A DNA stretch of 64,000 nucleotides from Podospora anserina (Eukaryota). The position numbers and the translations under genes were made by a program. The stretch lies in contig CM030332.1 of assembly GCA_017654855.1 (NCBI GenBank), positions 930,001-994,000 of the forward strand, in the 5' to 3' direction. Under the pieces are notes generated by a model that was not told the DNA's origin, searched no databases, and was given only the letters and a program-made list of their open reading frames with translations. Of the stretch, positions 12,757 through 25,439 are shown one piece after another. Position 1 is the stretch's first letter, and each line of letters begins with the position of its first letter.

Positions 12757-15701
12757 TCACTCCGAGGAGGTGGGCTTCGCGCACCACATCGCCGCCAGTT
12801 GGGAGAAGCTGCCGTCAAGAGGGGCGAGCGCGAATGTGGGCGCGACATTGAAGGCTTGGACCACGTGCTGTTGGGCTACAACGGCTGCATGATCGTCGTC
12901 ATCCACCTCCATCGGATCCGCATCCTCCATCTCTTCATCGCTGACTTCTTCATCCTGCAAGACCAACGCATCCTGCACAGGTTGCGTCTCAACTGTGTCA
13001 TCCATGGTCATGTGGTCCATAGGCTTGAGGATCAGTGGCTGCTCGACAGCGTCGGTCACAGCCCAGATCTGAGCCGCGGAATCAACCACCACGAAACCAG
13101 ATGACCCCGGAGCAGCCAATACAGATGTGATGAGATGAGGGAATTGTTGCACCAGTTGTGGTTCCTGGTCATCAAGTGAGAAAACCGTCAGCTCAGATCT
13201 GGCACCCTTCTTCAGCTTGTCCTGCCGAGGGTGTGGGATAGGTGCCGCCAGGGCGAACGTCCGTGACTGGTGGTTGACGGCCAGTTGAGTAAGGCGTTTG
13301 GCGGCGAGAGAAGTATCCTTGAGCTTGTAGCTGTACAGCAGCTCGTCTGACACCGTGTCGTAAACGGCAATGTCCTCGGATAGCAAGATCAAGCACGAAC
13401 CCATACTCTGGATGCTACGGACTTCTCCGCGGATGATACTTGAGATAACATCCCGAATCGTACCGGTTTGTGTGTCAATGGCAACAACAAGCCCCTCGGT
13501 AGAGACCCGGTAGGCGGCAAAGAGGATCGACCCGTCTTCAGAGTAGGCGACCGCGCCACTGCGGAACACCTTTCTGGTCTCCTCAACCAGGTCTTCTTGC
13601 TTTTCACGCACAGGGAGCGTGACAGCGCGAGAGCAGTGCCAGCTGCGAAGTGGTTCCCCATCATGTCCTTTGACCGCAAGACCGTCTCGGATGCGGTACT
13701 GTGTAGACCAGAACCGTACCACACCATCGTTTCCAATGGTCGCAAACCTGGAGGAAACTGGGTCGCTGGCAACATCGAAGATAGCTTGAGGAAGATCGGT
13801 GTGATGCGCCTCATTGACCCTGGTCACCAGCTCAAGTGAGTTATCCTCATGAACCTCCCAGAACTTGAGGTAGATCTCCTTCCTTTGCCGAGCAGCCTCG
13901 GCAACAGTCTTGGACCCAGTCAAGAAAGCGGCCGTGTCCCTTTCAGGGGGTTGCCACTCATCGATCGACGCCAACCACTTCCCGTCTTTAGAAAAGGAGA
14001 GACTTGTGGCCGTTGGCTCCATAATTGGCTGGCCATCCCTTGTGATATTGGCCTCTGTAGAGCTGGTGCGTGCAATCGCGTGCTTAGACACACCCTGAAA
14101 TGAAGCAAGGTCAAAGACCTGCACAAGAGGAGCGGATACAGTTGTCCCGGCTCCCTGTGTAGCCTGCTGCCCGTTTCCAACACACAGGAACATCTGAGAA
14201 GGGTTGCGCGGATTGGATGTGGCCACCACGGGAGCCGAGATTTCATCGGCTGACCGCCAGACACGACGAACCAAGGATTCCTTCGAAGGCGTCTCTTCTA
14301 GCACAAGAGACTGGATGCCAGAAACATACATGGTCGGCTTCATCTCAGCAGTCGAAAGAACCATGGTGGAATTGTCGTCGAGATGGACGGCGTACGATGC
14401 ACCGCGCGGCGAAATGGTGATGTTTTCGATGGTTGCTGACAGATGAGGAAGAGTTTCCGTCCGACCGGCATCAATCTGCCAAAGAACCAAGACAGTTTCG
14501 GCGCCACCAGAGATGAGATAGTTTCCTGACATCGATTAGCATCTTGCGAGCGGTTCTGAGCACATGCAGTCCTTACCATCCCTAGACAACTTAACGCTAT
14601 GAACAGCTCTCCGATGCCAATGGAGCTTCGTAGGCTGCAAGGTGCGCTCTGCAATTCCAGACAATACATCATTGTACAAGTAGATGGCACCCCGAGCGCA
14701 ACCGACGACCACATCAGCTCTGATGAGTTTCTTGTCCTTCAATACAGGATGAACATCCAGACAGCTGATGATATCGGGAAGGTCGAAAGAGTGGAAGTCG
14801 AATTTTAGCGTGTCGATGGAAGCGACCTTGCTCGCCTTGAAGTAGCCAATGTGCAAAGCCGTTTTCGCAGCGGCAACAATCAGCCTCCCACTAGCAGCGA
14901 ACCGAAGCATCTGAGGACTTTGATCGAAACTGTGAAGAAGCAACCCCTCCCCTTTCCCTTCTAACAGGCTCTCCCTCGTATGGGCGACGATTTGCGCAGA
15001 GGTAGGAGTAGTGTTCTGAAGGACGAGAAGCACATCGATTTTGGAATTGGGAAGGTCAATCGCATCGACAGACATATCGACAAGGTTGCTGGAAGTGATG
15101 GTGAATGGGGTGTCAGATCCAGTGCCTAATCTCCAATTGATGTTCCAGATACGGCCATCAGAGCAGGCAACCCAAATGTAGGCTCCCTGAGTCTTGGACA
15201 GCGATGTGGCCACGATATGGGCTGGTGTGGTCGCATTTTCGCTGTCCGTCTCCGTCAATGGGATAGGGATACGGCGGATCGGCAGGGAGCTTTCGGTGGA
15301 AAATACTTGAATCGAAGTATTGTAGGTTATTATGAGAAACCTAGGTATGTCAGTCAGGATGGAATCTGTGAGTAGCTGTCCCCGTCCTGGCATTCTTACT
15401 TCTCGTCTGGGGAAAAGATGGGATCAATGTTGAGCATCCGGCCGCCCATTGGGGGTTGGACCTTCCACTGTGACTGTGACGATACACCTGGCAAGCCTGA
15501 ATGTCCATTTATCGGCTGAAGGCTTGTGTCGTCTGTGTGGCTTGTTTGGTTGGCTCCTTCCCCGTTCAACGCATCTGCCTTCTCCTGTTCTGTTTTGCGA
15601 CGGTGCTTCTTCTGCTGCGCTTGTGCCGAGTCGTCTTTTGGTTCACGTTTCCGCTTTTTCAACGAGGCGCTATCGCCGTTGGTAGCTGTTTTTGACGGCA
15701 T
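12757..15701 (-). CDS. UTP17: WD40 nucleolar protein Utp17/Nan1 (WDR75), 3 exons
   Basis: ATG 15701, GGRM..DPIFSPDEK/FLIITYNTSIQVFS, LHWHRRAVHSVKLSRDG/NYLISGGAETVLVLWQ..LPHLSATI, YLKFW motif, acidic tail. Confidence 0.85.
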
Positions 15702-15840
15702 CGTGTGATAGGGCAGCAACTGATGTCTGACCTTTTCTGGGGGATCTCGGCGAGAAATCAATGCTGTAATGTCGAGAATGGAATCAAACAGCCCAAGCTT
15801 CGCACGCCCAGTCCAGTCGCCAATTGCGACTAAGCGGAAG

Positions 15841-15901
15841 AAATTTTGGCGGAGTCGCAAAAAAAGTTACAGTGGGGCCGGTTGCTTATCGACGATAAGC
15901 A
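15841..15901. promoter_or_regulatory. RRPE-like AAATTTT plus palindromic PAC-like GATAAG pair in the UTP17/RPB10 divergent promoter
   Basis: AAATTTT at 15841-15847; TGCTTATCG-A-CGATAAGCA inverted repeat at 15883-15901. Confidence 0.55.
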
Positions 15902-16159
15902 CGAGCCAATCCCTGTCCCTGAGACAAAGATTTGCGGCAACTTTCAGAGGTCTCGGCAGGCGTCGCGACAACTTCAGCGCATCCATCCACTTTCTGCCCA
16001 GTCATCACTGACCGACACTTTTCTGCCGGCATCTCCCACCGCAAAACCCAGGGCTCCCAATACATCAACTTCTCCGGCTTCAAGAAACATCTTCCGGAAC
16101 ACCCTTTCACATTAGACTCCACCCAAGCTCGACGCGCATCTATTTACACTCTCGACAAA

Positions 16160-16467
16160 ATGATTATTCCGGTTCGCTGCTTCTCATGTGGCAAGGTCGT
16201 GGGTGACCTTTGGGAAAAGTTCGTTGTCTTGATCGAGGACAGAGGGCTCGCCGATGGAGAGGCCCTTGATGAGCTCGGCTGCAAGCGCTACTGCTGCCGT
16301 CGCATGGTCATGACCCACGTTGACTTGATCGAGAAGCTTCTGAAGTACGAATTTTGTTCGGGCACACTTTTCTGACTGGATTTGGCTGACACCCTCGCTC
16401 TAGGTACACTCCCGATGGCCGCAACAGCAAGAAGCTCAGCATGGCCAATCCTGGTCACATGGAATAA
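16160..16467 (+). CDS. RPB10: RNA polymerase I/II/III common subunit RPABC5
   Basis: [46 protein letters not shown]; intron 16345-16403. Confidence 0.97.
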
Positions 16468-19400
16468 TAGACAACACCCGTTTAGATGCATTTTCGTCCG
16501 GCGTTATGGGTTGGTTATACAGGCAGCAGGGGCATATTGGTCTCAACCATTTTATTTTGGGGCGGGAAAAAGATTGTTTTTATGGGGATGAGGCGTCAGG
16601 GTTGACTTGCTTTGGATGCGCGAGGGGGGCGGCAGCATGCTTTTAAAATGTTTAGACAGAGAACCTCGAGAAATGTTTTGGTGAAGAATGGTAAAAGCGG
16701 ACGACAGTTTCACGCACATGGACTTGGCCGACGCTCAACTAAGGGAATAGAGCAGACATACTGTCAATTGTATTTGCCGTGCAATGCCACCAGCAGATTG
16801 CATGTCGTTATGTCGTACTAGAAGCTCTGCCTTTGTTCCAGAGACATACTTACACACTTACTTTGGGAATACAGTTCTTCATGGCACATCACCCATCCTT
16901 GATGACGGGGATCCACTTCCCATCCTCACTTCGAGATGAGACTCGGGTGGACATCAGCAGCCCTTTTATCCCACCAACGAAGTTGTTAAGCTAGGAACTT
17001 TTATCATTTCACCGCAGCCTTCTCGGACACAGTGCTGGGCAACTAGGAAGGTTCACCCGTGCCTCATCCTTCCCGCGCTGTCCTTCTTCTAGAAAATGCA
17101 GTATGTACCACTTTACCCCGGTCTATGCAACCCATACCAGATTTGTGAGATAATCTCGGTCAGCAAGAGGTGCTCATGCTGTTGGTTCCTCTTCCCGAAC
17201 TGCAACAGACCCCTCCACCAACAGAGAAGAGGTCGTGGACCCGAGCAAGCCTTCCATTTCTGCTTCCTACAGACCGACGCGTGCATTACACGACAACGGC
17301 CAGAACCTCCTGTGCAACCATAGCATCTCGTCCGAAGGCGTCGTCGTGGCGTCTAAGCGCCCGTTGCCGCGTCTAATCGCGGTTGTTCTGCAGGCTTGTG
17401 AGTCAAAGGAGTATAGTTTCCTCTCTTGTCTCAATCACTCTGCAGAATCCATGAAGGGAAAGGGATCCTAAGCGCGGAGGCTGTTGGTGGAGATGAAGGA
17501 TCTAAAGAGAGAAGTTAATGTTAGCCGCATTTGGCAGACCTCATGTACTGTCATGAGTAGGGTATCTTACCATTGCTGCCAGCACTCAAAGTCCCTCACA
17601 AAACACAGCGCACTTACAACTCCTACAATCTATGAGAGGCGCGCATTCATTGATCCCACACACGGTCCGGCCCCTGCTGCCCGTGGTGGTGTTCTTCCTG
17701 TTGTCCTTGTGTGGGTGGCCATGCTGCAGCCCAGATCAGAATCTCAATTCCAACGCCATCATGCCTTTGCAGAGCTTCATCACACTTTCCTCTGCCGAGA
17801 TTGATTCACCGCCTCTACTGAGAGACGATGCTTCAGTGCCGTCTCTAAGTTTTGTACCCATGGAACAGGCCTGCCTTTTTCTCGGCCGTCCCGATAACAA
17901 GTCAAGGTAACAGCACACTGTGCCTATGCGGACGAGAAGTTTCATGGCCCCCGCAGATCCATCCTCTCACTCATTTGCAAAATCAATGCCGATATGACCG
18001 AGTATCAGGTTAGGTGTACACTTGTCACCTTTCGGTTCAACATAACCCCCTCCATCACGGAAGGGTGGTGCTTGCAGTGATACTCGATGATGTTTGTCGA
18101 GCGCGGCTTGTCCTACCTGAACCATGTGGTACCAAGGGACATCAGCAACCACCCGTATACAGATCTCGTCTGTGCTTGCGTGCCAAACTGCCATTGGCCG
18201 TGATCACCAAAGCCAAACGAAACAAGTGAAGCTCGTCCAAAGCACTCCCAGCTGGCTGGGAACAAAGTGGTGATCTAGGGAACCCAACGGCAATCCTATT
18301 GGCCAAGAAAGCTGCCCCTCATCCCGAGAAGTTTGGAGCAGGGGGGGTCGAGAATGGTGCCCCCTGACTTGCTGGGAACGCGAGCCTAACGACGTTTTAA
18401 GCGCCGACTTCATCGCCATGCAGTTTATCGGCAGTGAGGGGCGCCGTCGCCATCATCTGACTGGCCCGAGACAAAACACGCGCATTGGGTGTGTGCGGGA
18501 TGGGAACTTTTTTGACATCAGTATTGTCAGCCTTATCCAGAAATATTGAGAGGGGAGAGGATGGCCTACACCAGGCCGGTTCAATCTCGCCTTCGCCGTG
18601 TAATCACTCTTGGTGCGCCTCCAACAGACAGGCCATCACCGTCATGTGCAAAGAGCAATTTGGGCGAGCAATACAACATCCAGGTCGACAGATAGAAACC
18701 CTTGGCCGTAGGATTCGAATTGTTACTGTGCAGCAGTAGCCAGCACCTGCAGGTCCGTTGGCGGTTTGGTCTATCCCCTGTTGGGCAAGACGCCCTTCCC
18801 AGACCCTGGCTTCCCGCAGCACGACACGCCTCTCTTGGTCTCTGCCCCAGCCAGAGTGCTGCCTTCTAACCGCACTGCACACTCTCCTCCCCTCTGCCAC
18901 TGACCACTACCGGATGTCCTTTGAATGAACCACTGGCTGACAGCTCTACGGCTCCCCACGCGGACACTTCCAAGCTATCACCATCCTTCCCAAGCTTGTC
19001 TAGAAGCTGCACTACCGGCTGCGTCCTGGTCGGCGTGTTGGTTGTCGTGGTATCTGGTGTGTTGTTCCCCGCAGCAAGAAGACAGCCCGCAAGCCCGCAT
19101 CGGCCTCCCCTTCGGTCCCAATCAGGCTGAAGCCCTACGCCGGTGATCCATCGTGCTGCAAGGAAACACCCACGGTGGCTTGCCTTTGGTGCTCGGGACC
19201 TTGGCCACCCCCAAGCATCCTTCTTCCTTAAGGAACGCCCTCTCCCACCAGAGATACCTCAGCTCAGCTCCCGGCGCATCGTGCAATGCTGTATCCCGAT
19301 ACCTACTTGCGCGCCTAATTGTCGACACACAGCATCTGCCAACAACCGCGCACAGGTTCTCCGATATTTTTCTTCCTAAGCGCAGTCGTGCTGTGCTGCC

Positions 19401-19536
19401 TACTGCTTGCCTTGCCGTCTCGGTTTTGGGGCAAACCCTTTAACCAACGACTGATAACTGCTGGCCTGGCCGTTGACTGGGTTAGCGAGATCTACACCTC
19501 GGCTCACTGCGGCGCATTGGGTCGGAAGTGGCTGCA

Positions 19537-22034
19537 ATGGCTCTTGAAGCTCCCCTGAGGACATCAACGGGAAGCATCAGGTCGATATACCCTTCATACG
19601 CCGAAATGGCACTCTCCTCTGGACGAGAGTCCCCTGCGCTGACGTCCCAATATATGGCGTATGATATCCCTTCCCAGCTAACCCCGAATTGGTGAACCCT
19701 GTTGGTTGACATTTATCTTTTCCCAGCTCCTCGTCCGGCCCTGACTCCCAAGCCCTTCGTCCAAATTCTTTTACGAGACCAAGCTCGGCGCATCTTATGA
19801 GCCCGAGCAGCGATATTGTTGGCCCTTCACCTGTGACTTCGAACGGAACCGAGACTACGGAAATTGAGGACGAAGAGGTGGAAGACACTGAAGAAGCGAC
19901 CGGGTTTGGGCGCAATTCGGTTTGTGGACCTTGTCTATGCCTTTTGTATGATATCGTGCCGGTCATAATAACTAATGGTTGCCAGTTGTTGATGCTGAAA
20001 ACGAACATTCCGGATCATGTACGAAAATCCGGAAGTGAAGAGGTCGTCTCGGTGATACACGCGCCCCCAAATTTTCAAGACTGGGTATGAAGGCTCAAGG
20101 CAAATGGATGATAGGATGACCCAAGCTGACGTTGGATCTTGCCAGAAGTCCGGTGATACTACCTCGAGATCAAGTGTTTCGAACTCTGTGAGCGGTGCGA
20201 GTATAGCCAGTAGCGGTGCCAGTCCGCCGCCTAGCGAACCGTCAACTGTAGTAGTAAGGTGTCCTGTTGAGTGAGGGCAGTCTAAACATGGTGCTAACTC
20301 TGTACAAAGACAAGGCATTCGCTAAACCAGTCGCCCCCTATGGTTAACACCAGAGTACGACCCGTGTCATTCAATCTTGATGCTCCGACACCTCAGGCCC
20401 AGAAATTGGAAGATGTCTACGCCAATGAATCTACAAAAACACGATCCAGCACTGCTAGCAGCCTTGAATGTAAGAGTGGACAAACAGACACCACTGGCAA
20501 ACTCGATGCTAATTCGTTGTGCAGTGATACCCGAAATCATTGAGAATGACGGGGACGAGGAGTTTGAAGACGCGGACGAATTCGCCAATCCCACACGAGG
20601 CCAAGATACCGAAGTGAAAGCACTTAAAGCGGCCCTTGAGGAGTGCTGGACATTATGCAATACTCTCGCCAACCTCAGTTCGATTCACCGAAAGCAAGTC
20701 TTCCACAGCTCTGGCACTCCTGATGCCCACGAAAGGGCATGGAAATGCTGCTGGAAGCTCTGCAAACGATTATATCACAGCCGAGACGACGTCTCAGAGT
20801 CATTTGGAGTGCGGACCAATCTAGATCTATGTCGGGACTTTTGTCAGTCACTCTTTGATGTGAGGCAAAGGACCAATGAGACGGCGGACTCGATCCTGAG
20901 GGTCAGCTTTGAGCTCAACAATCAGTACGTTTCTTTTTGTTGGTGACGGGGATATCATGTCTAACAAGATGACACAGTTTATACAGCGCTCAGGACAGCC
21001 GAACGCTCCCTGAAGCCTTCCGGGAGCGAACACTGGATTTCTACATCACCCTGTGTCACCGACTGATGAAGCAACGCAACGACTTGGCCGAAGAAACCGA
21101 CTCGTTGCTACGGGCATGCTGGGCGCTGGCTGAGATGCTCTTCAGCCTTCGGCAAAACCGAAGAGACGGAAAGGCCCCCGACGAAGAACTCCTTGGCTCA
21201 GCCGTCCAGGCTTGTTGGGAGCTGTGCGACATATTCCGTGAGGGCTGGACACAGGTTCGACCAGATCGCGGTACACCGAGACCAAACCAGGTCAACTTTT
21301 TCGCGGCCAACCCAACTTTTGGCCTGCAAATGAGCAGTCACCAATCTGAAGTCGAGCGCTCCAATGCCGGAAGCCGTGCCTCTCTACGCTCGAAACGGGA
21401 GAGTTTGCGGAGCCTGGGTGAACTTGAGCGACCTCGCGCACGACCCGTCGTACCCGAAACTCCAGTGACTGAATTTGAAGATACACCAATCTCACCCGAC
21501 GCCAGCCCACAGATGCCCAACATTCTTGTGCTTGGGACGTCGGACTCTCGCAGCGATCGTGGGGGGCGTTGGTCGAGCAATGCCTCGAACCTGTCTGGTT
21601 ACAGCCAAAACACGTCCAGCACGGCCACCACAGCGACGACGATAGAAGATGTCAACATCACCCGCATCAAAGCCCTCGTCGTGAAGGCGGCACTCAACAT
21701 TGGTTTTGACCGCAGTGCACCGGGGGCAGATGCGCCATCCGCTCTACAATCATTCGTCAACGACCTCCCTCAGCACTCCTTTGGTGGGCTGCCCAACCAA
21801 ATCTCTTTGCTGCAGAATTACAAGAATCTCGTGTTAGCAGATGCGTCATTCCGCTCTCCGGCCACATTACCCGCCCGTGGGAAGCGGTTCAACGCTGTGG
21901 AAGTGGCCAAGAGCGTCGGGTGGATGATGATCAGATCAGGCCAGTATAACTTTTTGAGGGATCTATACCGGCTTGTCTTCGGGTGTCAGCTAGAGGATGC
22001 CGACACGAGGAAGAATGTTTCCATTGTGGTATAA
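19537..22034 (+). CDS. Uncharacterised fungal protein, ~7 exons (start 19537 or in-frame 19606)
   Basis: A frame-consistent splice chain: introns ~19659-19726, 19920-19985, ~20085-20145, 20254-20309, ~20470-20524, ~20925-20977. Conserved-looking helical core ALKAALEECWTLCNTLA..AWKCCWKLC..LDLCRDFCQSLF..ACWELCDIFREGW; Ser/Thr-rich linkers. Confidence 0.75.
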
Positions 22035-23027
22035 TGGGGGCAGCCCCCTCGTTGGTCATACCGAGGACGGGGAGATTGGGATCCCGGTCACAAAACCAGG
22101 TCGCGGCCAGGTGTGTGTCGGCCGAAGAGGATTTCGCTTGTGGCTGCGTCGCATAAACATCACTTTGTTCAGAAGAACCTCGGATTCAATACCCCTGAAT
22201 CGAGCGAAGCCGCCTTTTCATCAACTCAACACTCGAGGCGCCGTCAGTCTCTACCGCAGAGAACCAACCCACAATTTGCGCAAATCTACCACCCTACCTA
22301 CTACTACCATTTATTCAACTACATAATTCCTCGTTGTTTGTCAGATACCCTTTGTTTTACGGCTTTTTTTATTTTTAATTTCACCACCTTAGAAAACCTT
22401 GATGAACTGCCTACTTTTTACTTCTTTGCCCATGTGTATTTCCATTGCAAGGGCGCTCTGGGTCAGACACTTTGAGCACGGCGGGGTTTGGGAAGGAGGC
22501 GGAAATGAGTGATATGAAATTTTAGTTTTGCGACAAGAACAAAGATGAACCTGTAAAATTGAGTAATAAGCCTGTGTGAGCGAACTTTTTCGTGTCGGAG
22601 TATTCGACTGTCGGTATTGATATCTGAAAGGATGTGACAAAATCTTCAAGTGCTGGGCGGTAATTGTCTGGTGGTAGAGTCAGGAATGGAATGCGTTATG
22701 CGTCGGCTATGAACCGATACCGTTGTCCATATCTGGTATCTATCAACAGTTAAGCCACATATGATTATGGTGTAAAAAGTGAGCGTGGTATATATATAAT
22801 TATCGTATCTATCATTACGCATATATGCATCGAATAAAGCCCTTATTTCTCTCCCCCCTGGGGTATCGGAATAAACCCATATAAACGCCCTGAAAAAGCC
22901 ATATTCAACAGAGAAGCGAACGTTATGTTGTTGTCCCTTTTTTTACATGTGCCCATTCGTTCCCTTACAAAAAATGGTACAAAAACACAAGTGAACGAAA
23001 TCTAGGTATCCGCGCGAAAACAACGTT

Positions 23028-24216
23028 TTAAGCAGTGAAGACAACAGCAGCAACAGTAGCAACGACTGGCCACCACCCAGCATTCTCCAAAAGAGCACGC
23101 AGGCCATCACCAGCAGCAGAGCCAGGAGCGTCGGTGCCGCCGGGAGCAGTGGTGCCATCCGGAAGAGTACCGTTGATCAGAATCGTGCTGGTTCCGTTGA
23201 CATTGGCGACGTCAATCACAGACTTGTCGAGGGCCGCGTAGCTTCCGTTGCCGATCAAGTCCTTCATGTACTGCTCGTCGTCATTGTCGTCACAGCCGCA
23301 GACGCTGTCCTCGGCGCAGGCGCAAATCACAGGCTTGGTCTCTCTCCGGTCGGTGGTGACGTTGTGGAAAGTGTAGCCCTCGGGACGGCGGTACAAGTAA
23401 GCGCTGGTCAGCCAGAGGCCAGGCCAGAAGGCGAGGAAAGCAGCTCCAAAGAAGAGGGGGGCAACGCCGCGGGTGGGCGAAGATCTACCAGCCCTATAAG
23501 GCACTGCGGCACCACCGCCGTAGTATGTGCCACCGCCATATGCGGGTGCTGGGCCGGTTCCGGTTGAGGTCCGGCCGCCCGAGTTGAAGCCAGGAGAGCC
23601 TCTTGTCCTATTTTGTGGTGTGTTAGTCGAGCCGAAGGAATCCAAGAATGAGAGACGCTACAATGATGAGGAACCCCAGTAGTGGACGCAGGACTTCGGT
23701 ACGGAAATGTCGCCCTATCCGATCCCGACGTCGACGACGAAGATCCAGCTCCCCAGGTCCAGGTTGGCCAAGACCAGACATTTGACCAGGAGGCTTGCGT
23801 CGACGAAGGAGTAGATTTCGCGGATGAAGGTTTCCTGATGCTGGATCTTCACCCAAAACCGAGCCCAACACTATCAGGCCATTCATTCACGGTAGGTTAA
23901 GAAAAATACCAAAACAACATCTAACTTACCCAGAACTGCCGCCGCCGCCGGTAGAGCCCGAGCCCGAGGTACCAGAAGAACCGCCGCCCGAAGACCCTGA
24001 CGATCCCGATGACCCGCCACCGCCGCCGCCGCCGCGACCACCTCCACCGCCTCCGCCTCTCCGCTTCCAGAGTTCGCTATCATCATGAGAATGCGTGTCG
24101 CGCTCGCTGTGTCGTACTGGCTCATGCTGTGCAATCTCCCCAATTGATGGTGACACAAGACCGTGTACTGTCGCGTCGGCGACGAGGAGCGCCGACAAAA
24201 ACGTGGAAACCTTCAT
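23028..24216 (-). CDS. Glycine-rich secreted protein, probably GPI-anchored or C-terminally membrane-anchored
   Basis: Signal peptide MKVSTFLSALLVA, dibasic WKRR followed by poly-Gly, intron 23929-23608 joins in frame (SSG/TRGSPGFN), YGGGxYYGGGAAVPY motif, Cys cluster CACAEDSVCGCDD, hydrophobic C-terminus. Confidence 0.85.
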
Positions 24217-25439
24217 AGTAGGTATGTGTGATGCGTGCGTGTGGGTGAATTGACGTGTAGCTAGTAAAGTAGTTTTTCCAAATGCGAATGAGATTGCGAG
24301 GCGGCCTCTAACTTGCAGGTGTCAAGTCTACTTGCAGATATGGCTGATATAGATGACGAGCTTTTTTAAAAGTTGGTTAACTGCGCAAAGTGACATGCAG
24401 GCCTGATACCTTATATGTTCCCTGGAGAATGTTTCACAGAGCATGACATGACAGAGCCACAAAAAGCAGGCGGCGCGGGTTTTGGCTGCAGGTGCTCTCT
24501 TTTGCGTGTGCCAAGACCATGGGTGGCGGAGGGTCCTGTTCATGGGGCCCCATGATGCTTGTTCCTGCTCGTTGGAACCAATCAGGAGTGTCCCTAGGCC
24601 TTGTTGCCGACCAAGAGCCTTCGAGCTGACAAGGCACTTTTTTGGTGAATTCCAAAAAGATAAGATGAGATTCTTCGCTTTGGGATAGCAAGAAGTGTGG
24701 CTTGCCGCACGACGCCACAAAGACTTATAGTACAAGCCATGTCATCTGCCGGGCTCTTGAAAGCGAATTTGCGTCCATTTGCTCTTTGAATCCAACCACG
24801 AGAGATGAAGTGGCTGACCGGGTCACTGTTGAAAGGGGCAAAAGGGTGTGTCCAACTCGGATTCGGGTTCAAAGTTGTCGTCGGCATTCCGCTGGAGAAT
24901 CGGGGGATCATGTTCAATCAGCGCTATGACGTCCGAGACTCCCCCTGTAATTCTGCTGGGTATCAATTTTCTAGCACCACGTGCGGGGAAATAGTGGTGC
25001 AGAGCACTTGTGAGCCAGAACCGGCACAGAATGCTGGGTGGCTGAGTGCATGCAGAGGGGTACCATTCTTCGCTCACCGATTACATATTGCTACGCTGGT
25101 CGCTCACTATTTGCTTGTAAGCGGGTCAATAGGAGTGAGGTCATGAGAGAAACCAACCGAGTGGTTCATCGGTGCTCCAATACTCAAGTTTGCCAATAAG
25201 AACAGCGGAATATCTGATTGGTAGGCGCATTCCGATCCGCTTCATACCTTCCTCTGCCTTGCCAACTGCCTTGCCCCTTGGACCCTGAAATTCCGCTCAT
25301 CAGCGATCCCAATCACTGACATCTCTCCTCGACATCGGATGTTAGGTGTTTCAAGCATCGCTGACCACCGCACTATCTAATCGGCTCCCTCTTTCATCGA
25401 CTTTGAATACTATCTCATCCGAGGCTGTCTCGATCCAAC

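Noticed and set aside
17096..17471. ATG-CA|GTATGT followed by short Cys-rich ORFs
   Set aside because: No splice model gives a convincing protein, and codon bias is absent.
23623..23886. 87-aa ORF with a hydrophobic tail inside the Gly-rich gene intron
   Set aside because: It is not reachable in frame from exon 1 by the acceptors examined; probably an off-frame shadow of the candidate exon.
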